From assembly GCA_905211265.1 (NCBI GenBank), contig CAJMAC010000007.1, forward strand, positions 905 through 64,904: DNA of 64,000 nt. The letters run 5' to 3'. The translations under genes and the position numbers were made by a program. The notes beneath the pieces were generated by a model. The model ran no database searches. It saw only the letters and a list, made by a program, of their open reading frames with translations, and had not been told where the DNA came from. This stretch comes from an uncultured Eubacteriales bacterium (lineage in GTDB: Bacteria > Bacillota_I > Bacilli_A > RF39 > UBA660). Shown here in pieces: positions 1 through 10,606 of the stretch (its first letter is position 1; every line of letters starts with the position of its first letter).

Positions 1-1
1 T

Positions 2-607
2 CAAGAATATAAAGAAAAAGAAGAAAAGATGAGAACATTACTTCTTCGTCAACAAATTAATCCCCATTTTGTTTTCAATTCACTTACTACTATAAAAGAT
101 ATGTATCATAAAGATTTAAAAAGTGGAGATGAAACTCTTAATCTTTTTGCCAGATATTTAAGATTAAATATTGAATCAATTAATAACGATTTAATACCTT
201 TTGAGCAGGAATTAACTAATATTGAAAACTACATAAATTTAGAACAAATAAAACGTAGTGAAGATTTAAATATTGTTTATAACATAGATTATTACGAATT
301 TACTGTTCCAGTCTTAGCTATTCAAGTATTTGTCGAAAACGCCATAAAGTATGCCAAAACCACTTTTAAAAAAGACGGATATATAGAAATTTCATCATAC
401 TATAAAAACGGATATATATTTTTAGAAATTATAGATAATGGAGTAGGTTTTGAAACTAGCAAAATAAAATCGACATCTTGTGGAATTAAAAACGCCTTTG
501 AAAGATTTAAAATTTTAAAGAAAGAAGTCAAAACAGAAATTGAAAGTGAAGTTGGAAAAGGGACAAAAGTATCAATAAGATTTAAAAAAGAAGGAGAAAA
601 GAAGTAA
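2..607 (+). CDS. Sensor histidine kinase, C-terminal part (5' end outside window)
   Basis: The frame is open from nt 2. LRQQINPHFVFNSL is an H-box typical of LytS/YesM-type sensors. HATPase_c boxes follow (ENAIKYA, IDNGVGF, GKGT). Confidence 0.8.
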   Translation, partial: QEYKEKEEKMRTLLLRQQINPHFVFNSLTTIKDMYHKDLKSGDETLNLFARYLRLNIESINNDLIPFEQELTNIENYINLEQIKRSEDLNIVYNIDYYEFTVPVLAIQVFVENAIKYAKTTFKKDGYIEISSYYKNGYIFLEIIDNGVGFETSKIKSTSCGIKNAFERFKILKKEVKTEIESEVGKGTKVSIRFKKEGEKK

Positions 608-1392
608 TGAAGCTACTAATTGTCGATGATGAAATAAGTGCACTTTTTGTATTTTTAAATGAAATAATTCACGAGAGTGGTTTAGAGTACAAGTTTTTTC
701 AAGATAATGAAGAAGCAATATTAAATTACGTTACAAACAACCATATTGATTCAGCTTTTTTAGATATAAGAATGCCTAATATCGATGGTATTTCATTAGC
801 AAAAAAGATCTTAAAAATTAAGCCAAAAACAAAAATTGTTTTTATAACTGGATTAACAATAACTATTAATGATCTAGATAAAAGCATTAAAAATAACGTA
901 GTAGGATTTATATATAAACCATACAGTAAAGAAGATGTTTCAAAAATTATAAGAACTCTTTCTAACGAAATAAAAATATTAAAAGTAAATATGTTTGATA
1001 CCTTTGATTGCTATATTAATAATGAAAGAATATTATTTTCTTCAAGTAAAGCAAAAGAATTATTTGCACTGTTATTAGTTTATAGAGAGCGTGGCCTAAC
1101 AATGTATGATGCTATATCTCAACTATGGCCTGATCACGATTTAGAAAAATCAAAGAAGCTTTATAGAGATGCTGTATGGAGATTGCATAAAACTCTTAAA
1201 GAAATTGATTTTGAGTGTGTCGTTTCAAATAGAGGAGAACTATCTTTAATATCTAAAAATATCGATTGCGATTATTGGAACTTTTTAGATGGTAAAGACT
1301 TAACAGTGTTTAAAGGAGAATTTTTAAAAAGTTACGACTGGAGCATTTATTATTTAAGCCATCTAGAAGAAATACAACAAGCAAGAAAATAA
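607..1392 (+). CDS. Response regulator (REC domain plus winged-helix-like C-terminal output)
   Basis: TAATGA stop/start overlap with the upstream kinase gene. Receiver motifs LIVDDE, FLDIRMPNIDG, KIVFITG. The C-terminal half has no LytTR/AraC signature I recognise. Confidence 0.7.
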   Translation: MKLLIVDDEISALFVFLNEIIHESGLEYKFFQDNEEAILNYVTNNHIDSAFLDIRMPNIDGISLAKKILKIKPKTKIVFITGLTITINDLDKSIKNNVVGFIYKPYSKEDVSKIIRTLSNEIKILKVNMFDTFDCYINNERILFSSSKAKELFALLLVYRERGLTMYDAISQLWPDHDLEKSKKLYRDAVWRLHKTLKEIDFECVVSNRGELSLISKNIDCDYWNFLDGKDLTVFKGEFLKSYDWSIYYLSHLEEIQQARK

Positions 1393-1516
1393 CCTTAAAG
1401 TGTTTAATATATAAATAGTAGTTTTTAATTGTCCACAAAAATACTTTTTATAGAATGTTTTTTATTTATTATAAATAATGGTATACTCTTATTATTGGTT
1501 TTGAAAGGAGAAGAAT

Positions 1517-3976
1517 ATGTTAATAGATCTAGCTATAACACTTCCTTTTTTTATATTATTTGCCTTAATAGAAAACGCTTATTACATAATTTTTAAAAAG
1601 AAGACAATTAAAGAAATATTATCGTTTAATTTGCTCTTTGACTTTATATCATATTTTATAATTAGCGTAATAACGTTGGGAATAATACATATTGTTTTTC
1701 CACATACGTCACATGTAAATTTGTTACCTATTAACTTTTTTAACTATATATTAGCTAAAGTTATTAACTTAGAAACTCTATATAAAAAATTCGTTAAAAA
1801 AGAAAATAAAGAGTATAAAAGCTCTAGATTTGTGCTTCTTGGAATATTTATAATAAGTTTTATTTTGGAAGTATCGTATTTCAATTTTCAAGGATTCAAT
1901 CAACACTATAAAAAAGAAACAATATCTTTAACTTCAGAAAAAATTAAATTATCTAATGGCGCTAAATTAACAGATGAAGGTCTTATATATATTCCGAGCG
2001 ACGGAACTATTACAATAGATACTACTGATATTACACTTAAGAACATTTACTTTACTTTTAATAATGTTAGTCTTAACGTCGAAACATATTTTAAAACAAG
2101 TTCACAAGAATTCTCATTTTTAACAAACCCTAAAACAGATCTTTGTAATTATATGGATATTGGAAGAGTAGGGGAGACCCAATCCCTTCAAATAAGATTT
2201 AATATTAAAAATGATCACGAAGATAAATACTTTAAAAATCCAGACTTATATTTAAAAAGTATAACTTTAAATGCACAAATGCCATTTGCATTTAACGCTA
2301 TAAGACAAATTTGTATTATATCACTATTATCACTTATTGTTTTCTTACCTACTATAAGCAAAAAATTTGGTCAATCGCTCAAAAATAATGATAGTAGCTA
2401 TAAGAAGTTAGAATATGGACTACTTTGCATTTTTGGCATTACATTATTAGCCTATTTAATATCTGTTTTATTTATATTCAAAGATAAATTCTTAGTTCAA
2501 TATAGTTCTATTGATATTCAAAATTCCAATATTTATTTTCAACAGTTTGATGCTGTTATGAAAAATAGACTTAGTTTGGATTTGCCTGTTGATGATAGAT
2601 TAATAGCTTTGCCAAATCCTTATGATACAAATAGTAGAAATGGCATTCCATATTATTGGGATCATGCCTTCTATAACGGAAAATATTATTGTTATTATGG
2701 AATAGCTCCTGTAATTTTATTTATGCTACCGGTCTACTATATTTCTGGAGGATATATTCCAAGCATAGCTAGCATACAACAAATGGGAATGATAATCTCA
2801 CTATTTAGTTTGTTGTTAGCTGAAATTGAAGCAGTCAAAGCCTTCACAAAGAAAAACAACCTTAAATTTACAGCTTTTCTTTTATTATGTAGCATATCTT
2901 TATCTTTAACTTTTTATATAACATCTTATAAAACAGGATATTATGTTGAAGGAATTTACCACATTCCATACGCATATGGTATAGCCAATATGTTCTTAAC
3001 TTTCTTCTTTGTTTTAAAAGCTTATAATTCTAAAACAAATAGTCGAATAACATATTTAACACTATCAGCTGTAACTATCGTTTTACTTGTTTTAAGTCGT
3101 CCAAACTTAATTGTAACCTTTATATTTTTAGCTCCTTTATACCTTAAAATGCTTTTTGAAAACAAAGCTTGGAAGAAAAATATTATAAAGTTTATCCCAT
3201 GTTTTGCAATAGTAATCGTCGGGGCTATAGGAGTAATGATTTTTAACAAAGCAAGATTTAACTCTTTCTTTGAATTTGGTCAATCATATCAATTGACAGT
3301 TACTGATCAAACAAATTTACCTTTCAGCAGCAAAGCTTTAATAAGTGCTATTTTCCATTTCTATTTACAACTACCAGCTTTTTGTAATTCCACAAATGGT
3401 ATGCCTTTCTTTGATGCTTCTTACTATTATATAGGTATGGAAACTCATCCATATACTTCTTACACAATAGGTCTTTTCTTTGCACCTATATTCTTAGTTT
3501 GTTTTGCTATTCCATTATGCTTTAGAAAAGAAGAAGATAACTATATTAAATCAAGTATTATCCTTCTTCCTATTGCTAGCTTAATAATCAGTACTATAAC
3601 TGCTAGTTATGCAGGAATATGTGTAAGATATAATCTTGATATTTTCCCGATAATGGCTTTTTCAACATTTATAACTATATCTAAATTATTCGATAAATAT
3701 AGCGATAACAAAAAAGTGATAGAGCCATTATTTAAAGTTATTATCTTTGTATTAATAATTAGTACTATAATTTGCTTCGATTATATATTTGTAAGATTTG
3801 ATGGATTAACTGGCGAAGATGTTAATGGATTATTATTCCACTACACATCTTTCTGGGGACACTATAATACATCGCCATATTCAAATAGTTTTATAATTCC
3901 ACTTGTATCACTAATACTAGTAGCAATAACAAGCAATATACTTACTGAAAAGAAAGTTATAAATAATATTCAATAA
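1517..3976 (+). CDS. Large polytopic membrane protein, GT-C-type glycosyltransferase candidate (YfhO/ArnT-like)
   Basis: 819 aa with many hydrophobic segments. It is convergent with a GtrB/CsbB-like GT2 gene. Called from architecture and context only. Confidence 0.45.
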   Translation: MLIDLAITLPFFILFALIENAYYIIFKKKTIKEILSFNLLFDFISYFIISVITLGIIHIVFPHTSHVNLLPINFFNYILAKVINLETLYKKFVKKENKEYKSSRFVLLGIFIISFILEVSYFNFQGFNQHYKKETISLTSEKIKLSNGAKLTDEGLIYIPSDGTITIDTTDITLKNIYFTFNNVSLNVETYFKTSSQEFSFLTNPKTDLCNYMDIGRVGETQSLQIRFNIKNDHEDKYFKNPDLYLKSITLNAQMPFAFNAIRQICIISLLSLIVFLPTISKKFGQSLKNNDSSYKKLEYGLLCIFGITLLAYLISVLFIFKDKFLVQYSSIDIQNSNIYFQQFDAVMKNRLSLDLPVDDRLIALPNPYDTNSRNGIPYYWDHAFYNGKYYCYYGIAPVILFMLPVYYISGGYIPSIASIQQMGMIISLFSLLLAEIEAVKAFTKKNNLKFTAFLLLCSISLSLTFYITSYKTGYYVEGIYHIPYAYGIANMFLTFFFVLKAYNSKTNSRITYLTLSAVTIVLLVLSRPNLIVTFIFLAPLYLKMLFENKAWKKNIIKFIPCFAIVIVGAIGVMIFNKARFNSFFEFGQSYQLTVTDQTNLPFSSKALISAIFHFYLQLPAFCNSTNGMPFFDASYYYIGMETHPYTSYTIGLFFAPIFLVCFAIPLCFRKEEDNYIKSSIILLPIASLIISTITASYAGICVRYNLDIFPIMAFSTFITISKLFDKYSDNKKVIEPLFKVIIFVLIISTIICFDYIFVRFDGLTGEDVNGLLFHYTSFWGHYNTSPYSNSFIIPLVSLILVAITSNILTEKKVINNIQ

Positions 3977-4256
3977 CTATAAGTAAAATTTAAAGCGTAT
4001 ACTTATCCCCTTCACTATATATAACCGTAAGTTTTAATATGTTTTTGCTCACTTTTTTAACAAATTTTAATTTCTTTACAATTTAAAGGTAATAAAGCCA
4101 AAATTTTTGACCTATAAACACTACACAAAATTATTGACAATTACAATATTACTCTTTATTGATTTAAGTATTATTTATACCTACTTAAAAGCTAAGGTTT
4201 TTAGATAAAAAATATTAAAAAGGGACAAAATAATATAACTTTTTATAAATATAGAC

Positions 4257-4280
4257 TAAAAAAGCGCTCTATGAGCGCTG
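4257..4280 (-). terminator. Rho-independent terminator of the GT2 gene
   Basis: AGCGCTC-TAT-GAGCGCT hairpin (4263-4279), followed on the minus strand by a U run (plus-strand A run 4258-4263). Confidence 0.7.
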
Positions 4281-4284
4281 TTAT

Positions 4285-5226
4285 TTATTTAGAATTAACA
4301 TGTTTTTTATAATCTTGATTAATCTCGTAAAGAGTATGTTCAAATGATTGCTTTTCTTTAATATGTTGAACTTTTAACATTGATCCAGTAATCAATAGTA
4401 AGAAAGCTATTAAAATAAACAATGTACCGATTCCTATAAGAATATAAGATGAAAAATTAACTCCTGTTGCTTTTAAAACTCCTGGAATACCAAAAGCTAA
4501 TCCAACGATAAATGATAATAAAGCTAATATTCCATAGTAAAACATTGGTCTATAACACTTTGTTAATCTTGCTATTGTAAGCATTACTTTAATTCCATCA
4601 CTTACAGTATTAAGCTTTGAGAAGCTTCCTTTTTGTCTATCTTTATATTGAATAACAACATTTTCAAGCTGCATCTTTTTGTCGAGTGAAAATATCGTCA
4701 TTTCTGTTTCAATTTCAAATCCACTAGATAAGCATGGGAACGATTTAACATATTGGTAACTAAAAGCTCTAAAGCCTGTCATAACATCACGAATATTACC
4801 GTGGAAAACATGATTGGTAGAAAATCTAACTAAACTATTGCCAAAATTGTGAAATGGTCTTTTATTTTCGGTAAAGTATGTGGATGAGAGTCTATCTCCT
4901 ACAACCATATCAGCGTTGTGCTTTAAGACTAAATCAATCATCTTTGGAGCAGATGATAAATCATATGTATCATCAGCATCAACCATGATATAACACATGG
5001 CATCAATTTCTCTAAACATTCTTCTAACAACATTGCCTTTGCCTTGTTGATATTCATGTCTTACAATTGCACCTGCTTGGTTTGCTAATTCTACTGATTT
5101 ATCTGTTGAGTTATTATCATAAACATACACTTTAGCTTCAGGTATATATCTATGACAATCTTGAATAACTTTTACTATAGAAAGTTCTTCATTATAACAT
5201 GGAATTAAAACTGCAATTTTATCCAT
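4285..5226 (-). CDS. GT2 polyprenyl-phosphate glycosyltransferase (GtrB/CsbB/ArnC-like)
   Basis: N-terminal IAVLIPCYNEE...DNNSTDKS and VDADDTY GT-A motifs. Two C-terminal TM helices, typical of the GtrB family. Confidence 0.8.
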   Translation of the reverse strand: MDKIAVLIPCYNEELSIVKVIQDCHRYIPEAKVYVYDNNSTDKSVELANQAGAIVRHEYQQGKGNVVRRMFREIDAMCYIMVDADDTYDLSSAPKMIDLVLKHNADMVVGDRLSSTYFTENKRPFHNFGNSLVRFSTNHVFHGNIRDVMTGFRAFSYQYVKSFPCLSSGFEIETEMTIFSLDKKMQLENVVIQYKDRQKGSFSKLNTVSDGIKVMLTIARLTKCYRPMFYYGILALLSFIVGLAFGIPGVLKATGVNFSSYILIGIGTLFILIAFLLLITGSMLKVQHIKEKQSFEHTLYEINQDYKKHVNSK

Positions 5227-5351
5227 ACTAATCTCCTTAATTCTTAATATAAATTATACACTATATTAGATTTAAATAAAATAACTTGTTAATCATCAAA
5301 TTTTTTTAAAAAGTCAATCTATTTTTTTACACGTGTGAAAAAATACACTAA

Positions 5352-6473
5352 ATTAAAAAATTAATAAATAATATCCAAGTAGATAACTCTCGTATCAGTA
5401 CATTTTTAGTAGAAACTCTAACAAATTTTGAAACAATCAAAGGATTAAATATTCACTTAAAACAAAGTAAAAAATACGAAAATATTTATCTAAATACCCT
5501 TAATGATAATTATATGTATTTAAAACTAAATAATATTATAAATTTCTTTAAAGAATTACTTAATGGTATAACTAATATATTTATCTTATTTATAGGAGTA
5601 AATTTATATTTAAATGAAGAATTAAGTATCCAAACACTAATAACATTTAATTATTTATATCCATACTTTACTAATTATCTAAATAATTTATTTGATTTAT
5701 ATAATGAATATTCTTATATGTCAAATAGTATTAAAAGATTAAATAATTTATTTGATGTAGAAAGTATTTCCTTAGATAAAAGTAATTTAATAGTAAATGG
5801 TGATATTATATTTAATAATGTATCATTTAAATATACAGATAAATTAATATTAAATAACATTAGTTTTAGAATAAAAGATAAAGAAAAAGTATTATTAATA
5901 GGTAGTAGTGGAACAGGAAAAAGTACTATATTAAAATTATTATTTAAATATTACCAAATAGAAAGAAACTATATTTCCATAAATAATAATGATATAAATG
6001 ACTATAAAATAATGGACATAAGATCAAATATAGTATATATTTCTCAAAATGAAAAACTATTTAATGATACAATAAAATCTAATATAATATTAGATAGTAA
6101 TGTAAGTGAAGAAGAATTCTTAAATGTTGTAAAACTAACTAAAACAGATGAAATAATAAAAGATGATTTACTAGGATATAACAAAATAGTCGAAGAAGAC
6201 GCAATTAACTTGTCCGGAGGACAAAGACAAAAAATTACATTATCTAGGGCACTACTAAGAAAAAGTAAAATAATTTTAATAGATGAAGGTTTGAACCAAA
6301 TTGATATTAATACAGAACGTATAATATTAAAGAGCATTTTTGAGTATTATAAAAATACTACCTTTATAATAGTATCACATAGACTTAATAATATGGATTT
6401 ATTTGATAAAGTATTATCATTAGAAAATAATAGTATAAATGTTTTAGAAAGAAATGATAGTTATTATGAATAA
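5352..6473 (+). pseudogene. 5'-truncated bacteriocin-type ABC exporter (end of TMD plus NBD only)
   Basis: The frame is open upstream of the track's ATG (5514) back to a stop at 5349-5351. That stretch reads ISTFLVETLTNFETIKGL, an ABC_membrane motif. Walker A GSSGTGKST, signature LSGGQRQK and Walker B ILIDEG are present. The C39 peptidase domain and most of the TMD (roughly 350 aa expected) are absent. Confidence 0.7.
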
Positions 6474-6897
6474 TGTTAATAGTTATATAATTTTAAATAA
6501 AAGTACTAATAAATTAATTAAATTATTTATTATAACTTCATTATTTATAGTATTATTATTAATCTTAACACTAAATATTAAATATAAGAAATATTATTAT
6601 TTATATGGTACTGTTGATAGTAATTATAGATTAATACTATATTGTGATATCAAATATTTAGAAGTAATAAAAAAGAATAACAAAGTAGTTATTAATAATG
6701 ATACCTATAATTATAAAATACTTAGTATTGATACTAACTATACTATACTTAATAATACTAATAATTATATACAAGTAGTAATTGATATTAATTTAAATAG
6801 TGAAGACAAGATAACCAATAATATCCTAAAATTAAAAGTATTAGTTTCTAATAAAAAATTATTTTACTATCTTATAGATTATATAAAGAAAGGATAA
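6454..6897 (+). CDS. Small single-TM protein, possible shortened bacteriocin-export accessory protein
   Basis: Overlaps the ABC remnant. One N-terminal TM segment. Sits where LcnD/HlyD-type accessory genes are found but is far shorter. Called from context only. Confidence 0.35.
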   Translation: MIVIMNNVNSYIILNKSTNKLIKLFIITSLFIVLLLILTLNIKYKKYYYLYGTVDSNYRLILYCDIKYLEVIKKNNKVVINNDTYNYKILSIDTNYTILNNTNNYIQVVIDINLNSEDKITNNILKLKVLVSNKKLFYYLIDYIKKG

Positions 6898-6900
6898 GAA

Positions 6901-7044
6901 ATGAAAGTAGTAAGTGAAGAAGAATTAAAAAGTATTAATGGGGGATTTAATACTACCTTAGCAGTAGTACTTGGAGTAGTAGCAACATTTATTATTGGTA
7001 TATTTAATGGTTATACTAATCCAGAAAAATGTAAAGTTAGATAG
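6901..7044 (+). CDS. Double-glycine-leader bacteriocin precursor (47 aa), not in the ORF track
   Basis: MKVVSEEELKSINGG | FNTTLAVVLGVVATFIIGIFNGYTNPEKCKVR. This is a class II GG leader plus a hydrophobic glycine-rich core. AAAGGA lies upstream. Confidence 0.7.
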   Translation: MKVVSEEELKSINGGFNTTLAVVLGVVATFIIGIFNGYTNPEKCKVR

Positions 7045-7055
7045 GAGGGAATAAT

Positions 7056-7220
7056 ATGAATAAATTAAATGATAATGAATTATATAAAATTAATGGAGGT
7101 AGTGTTACTTCAACATTAATTAATTCAGTAGTCGCAGGATGTAAATTATTATATAATATTGGAGTAAGTCTAGGTAGTTCATTAAGAAGATTAATTGATA
7201 ACAATATGTGTTCAATATAA
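7056..7220 (+). CDS. Double-glycine-leader bacteriocin precursor (54 aa), not in the ORF track
   Basis: MNKLNDNELYKINGG | SVTSTLINSVVAGCKLLYNIGVSLGSSLRRLIDNNMCSI. GGAGGG RBS at 7044-7049. The core has two Cys residues. Confidence 0.7.
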   Translation: MNKLNDNELYKINGGSVTSTLINSVVAGCKLLYNIGVSLGSSLRRLIDNNMCSI

Positions 7221-7311
7221 TATTAATAATATTTAAAGGTAATAAATTAGATTTTATTATCTTTTTTCTTAATAAATATGTTATAATATCTAAGAAAGAA
7301 GGTGCTAACTT

Positions 7312-9042
7312 ATGAAAAATATTAAAGAATTTAAAACGTTATTCAATTTTGTCAAAGAATATAAAACTAAATTAATAATAGCAAGCATTATGATTTTTAT
7401 TTCAGGTATATGTGATATATTCACAGGATATTTAAATGGCGGTGCCGTAACAGAAATAACTAAACTTAATATTAAAGGTGCTTTAATATATTTAGGAATA
7501 TACTTTGCAATAGAAATAATAGTAGGAGGTATATTAATTCATGTTTCTAATTCTATACTTTATAAAATAGAAAGTGCTATAACTAGAAAACTAGGTTATT
7601 ATACCTATGTAAAAGCTTTGAATTTACCTGCTGTAGCCTATGAAGAGTTATCTTCTGGAGAAGTAATAAATCGTATTAACAATGATGCTGATTCATTAAG
7701 TTTTACCTTTGGAAGACTACTTGGCATGATTTCATCATTGGTAGCATCTTTAATAACAATAGTATATGTATTTGCTAATTCATGGATAGTAGGAATAGAA
7801 ATTTTAATATTCTTATTATTACTACTTCTTATCTTAAAAAAATATAATCCCTTACTTAAAAATATTCATAAAGAAAGAAAAAATGAACAAGATAAATTTA
7901 CTTCCTTAACTACTGAATCCATAAGAGGTATAAGAGAAATAAAAACATTAGGAATTAAAAATAATTTAATTAGTGATATGGCAGATATTATAAAAATAAT
8001 ATATAAGAAAAGTGAAACTGAAATAGATATTCAAAAAAGATTTAATATATTAACAAGATTACTTAAAACATGTCTAGAAGTAGGAACTTTTGTTACTTGT
8101 GTAATATTAGTATATTATAACAAAGTAAGTTTAACATTCTTTATAGCAATGACTTATTATATCTATCGATATATGTGGTTAATAGAAAATATAAATGACT
8201 TAACACAAAATTATCAAAAGTTTAGTGTATCTATTTCAAGAGTAAATGATATATTAGAAAATAAATTATATGATGATGTTAAATATGGTAATGTTAATTT
8301 AGATAAAGTTAAAGGAATAATTGAATTTAAAAATGTATCATTTTCCTATCCTAAAGAAGATACAACACTTAAAAACTTTAACTTAGTAATTGAACCTCAT
8401 AAAAAAGTAGCAATTGTAGGTTCCTCAGGTCAAGGCAAAAGTACTTTGTTTAATCTTATAACAAGAATATTTGATGTAAACGAAGGAAGCATATTGATAG
8501 ATAACATCAATATTTTAGATTTAACCGAAGAGTCATTAAGAAAACATATCTCTATAATTAGACAAGAACCATTTATCTTTAATAGAACAATAAAAGAAAA
8601 TTTTGAAATTATAGATAACAATATAACGTTAGATAAAATAAGAAAGTACACTAAAATGGCTTACCTAGATGATTATATAATGTCATTACCCAAACAATAT
8701 GATACATTACTAGGTGAAGGTGGAGTAAATTTATCCGGAGGACAAAAACAAAGACTATCTATTGCTAGAACACTCTCTAAGAAAAGTGAAATTATATTAT
8801 TTGATGAAGCTACAAGTGCACTTGATAATAAAAGTCAAGAATATATTAAAAAATCAATTGATAATCTAGTTAAAGATCATACCATTGTTATTGTAGCACA
8901 TAGATTATCTACCATTATTGACGCTGATATTATTCATGTTGTAGATGATGGCAAAATAATAGCGAGTGGCACCCATGAACAATTACTAAAAAAATGTAAG
9001 AAATATAAAGAATTATATGAATTAAAAAAAGAGGAAGAATAA
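7312..9042 (+). CDS. ABC exporter, fused permease-ATPase (no C39 peptidase domain)
   Basis: 576 aa. N-terminal 6-TM ABC_membrane region, then GSSGQGKST, LSGGQKQRLSIAR, ILFDEATSALD. Confidence 0.85.
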   Translation: MKNIKEFKTLFNFVKEYKTKLIIASIMIFISGICDIFTGYLNGGAVTEITKLNIKGALIYLGIYFAIEIIVGGILIHVSNSILYKIESAITRKLGYYTYVKALNLPAVAYEELSSGEVINRINNDADSLSFTFGRLLGMISSLVASLITIVYVFANSWIVGIEILIFLLLLLLILKKYNPLLKNIHKERKNEQDKFTSLTTESIRGIREIKTLGIKNNLISDMADIIKIIYKKSETEIDIQKRFNILTRLLKTCLEVGTFVTCVILVYYNKVSLTFFIAMTYYIYRYMWLIENINDLTQNYQKFSVSISRVNDILENKLYDDVKYGNVNLDKVKGIIEFKNVSFSYPKEDTTLKNFNLVIEPHKKVAIVGSSGQGKSTLFNLITRIFDVNEGSILIDNINILDLTEESLRKHISIIRQEPFIFNRTIKENFEIIDNNITLDKIRKYTKMAYLDDYIMSLPKQYDTLLGEGGVNLSGGQKQRLSIARTLSKKSEIILFDEATSALDNKSQEYIKKSIDNLVKDHTIVIVAHRLSTIIDADIIHVVDDGKIIASGTHEQLLKKCKKYKELYELKKEEE

Positions 9043-9218
9043 TGAACACAAATAATTTAGAAGATTTTATAGGTTTTATGTTAGCTAATGATATAATAGA
9101 TAATAACTTTGGATTAAAAGAGGATAATAATTGCAATAAAGATAATGAAGATAATTCTAATAATATTGATAATTATAAAGTAAAAGATTATAAAATAAAA
9201 GAAAGAAGAAAGAAATGA
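9042..9218 (+). CDS. Small acidic/Asn-rich ORF (58 aa), translationally coupled at both ends
   Basis: Its ATG overlaps the ABC stop (TAATG) and its TGA overlaps the mtnN ATG (ATGA). No recognisable domain. May be spurious. Confidence 0.3.
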   Translation: MNTNNLEDFIGFMLANDIIDNNFGLKEDNNCNKDNEDNSNNIDNYKVKDYKIKERRKK

Positions 9219-9907
9219 AAAGAATAGGTATAATATTTGCAATGAAGGAGGAATTAGATAGTTTATTAAAATATCTAAAAATAGAAAAAGAATATAATAT
9301 ATTTGATTTAAAATTCTATGAAGGAATGATACATAATAATTATTGTATTTTAACTGAGTCAGGAGTAGGTAAAGTAAACTCTGCTAGATGTACTCAAATA
9401 TTAATTGATAATATGGATGTAGATATGATAATAAATATTGGAGTAGCTGGAGGTATATCAGAAAAATTAAAAGTATGTGATATAGTAATCGGAGAAAAAT
9501 TAGTTCAACATGATTTTGACATAACAGCCTTTAATCATGAAAAAGGTTATATACCTAATGTTGGAGTATACATTGATAGTGATACTTATCTAGTTAATAT
9601 AGCTAAAGAATGTATTAATAATAAAAAATATAATGTAGTAAGTGGCATAATTGCGTCAGGTGATATATTTTGTACAGAGTCTTGGATGAGTAAAAAAATA
9701 AATACTAAATTTAATGCCCTATGCGTAGAAATGGAAGGAGCAAGTATTGCTCAAGTATGTTATTTAAGTAATATACCATTTATTGTAATAAGAAGTATAT
9801 CAGATGTACCAAATAATAATAATGTATTAACTTATGAAGAATTCTTAAATGAAAGTAGTAAAAATGTAAGTAATTTCATATATGAAATAATTAAAAATAT
9901 AAAGTAG
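9215..9907 (+). CDS. mtnN: 5'-methylthioadenosine/S-adenosylhomocysteine nucleosidase
   Basis: IGIIFAMKEE, ESGVGKVNSA, VEMEGASIAQV, IRSISD are the canonical MtnN/Pfs motifs. 230 aa. Confidence 0.9.
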   Translation: MKRIGIIFAMKEELDSLLKYLKIEKEYNIFDLKFYEGMIHNNYCILTESGVGKVNSARCTQILIDNMDVDMIINIGVAGGISEKLKVCDIVIGEKLVQHDFDITAFNHEKGYIPNVGVYIDSDTYLVNIAKECINNKKYNVVSGIIASGDIFCTESWMSKKINTKFNALCVEMEGASIAQVCYLSNIPFIVIRSISDVPNNNNVLTYEEFLNESSKNVSNFIYEIIKNIK

Positions 9908-9916
9908 AGGTGTAAA

Positions 9917-10525
9917 GTGAAAGAATTATTATTTGCAACAGGTAATGTTGCTAAAATTAAAAGATTTAAAGATAAATTAAAAGAAAATGATATTAATTTA
10001 ATAAGTTTAAAAGATATAGATATTTCACTTGATGTTATTGAAGATGGTAAAACAGCCATAGAAAATGCTTTAATTAAAACAAGAGCATACTCTAATAAAT
10101 TAGATATGCCTGTAATAGCCATGGATGATACCTTATATTTTGATAATGTCCCAGAAGATATACAACCAGGATTATATGTAAGAAGAGTAAAAGACAAAGT
10201 ATTAACCGATGATGAAATGATAGAGTATTATTCTAATATTGCTAAAAAATATGGTGTGGATGGTAAAATAGTTGCAAGATGGATATATGGAATGGCTCTA
10301 ATTAACAATGGAAAAGAATATACCTATACTTGGAGTAAAGAAGATTTCTACATAACAGAAACTCCATCAGATATTATTAATCCAGGTTATCCATTAAATT
10401 CAATATCAATTAATATGAAATTAAATAAATATTTTACTGATTTAACTACTGATGATAAAAAAGAATTATATAATGATGAATCAGATGTAATAGATTTTAT
10501 TGTAAAAAGTCTTGAAAAAAAATAA
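9917..10525 (+). CDS. Ham1/RdgB-like non-canonical NTP pyrophosphatase family protein (divergent)
   Basis: GTG start. FATGNVAKIKRF and EDGKTAIENALIKT...VIAMDDTL resemble the ATGNxGK and ExGxTxxENA...ADDSGL motifs. Confidence 0.55.
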   Translation: MKELLFATGNVAKIKRFKDKLKENDINLISLKDIDISLDVIEDGKTAIENALIKTRAYSNKLDMPVIAMDDTLYFDNVPEDIQPGLYVRRVKDKVLTDDEMIEYYSNIAKKYGVDGKIVARWIYGMALINNGKEYTYTWSKEDFYITETPSDIINPGYPLNSISINMKLNKYFTDLTTDDKKELYNDESDVIDFIVKSLEKK

Positions 10526-10540
10526 TAAATATGATATATT
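10512..10540 (+). promoter_or_regulatory. Sigma-A-type promoter for the ABC-F leader
   Basis: TTGAAA (10512-10517), 17-nt spacer, TATATT (10535-10540). Confidence 0.45.
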
Positions 10541-10564
10541 AAGTTTATCAAAGGAGGAAGTACT

Positions 10565-10606
10565 ATGTATAGTTTCAATCATGTTATCATGTATAATTAT
10601 ACCTAG
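10565..10606 (+). CDS. Leader peptide MYSFNHVIMYNYT (13 aa)
   Basis: GGAGG (10553-10557) lies 7 nt before the ATG. The stop codon abuts the first arm of the attenuator stem. Confidence 0.55.
   Translation: MYSFNHVIMYNYT

Noticed and set aside
5514-6473. Treating the track's ATG at 5514 as the start of an intact 319-aa stand-alone ABC ATPase.
   Set aside because: The frame stays open 54 codons further upstream and encodes a recognisable ABC transmembrane-domain motif. The ORF is therefore a fragment of a fused permease-ATPase gene, not an intact ATPase gene.
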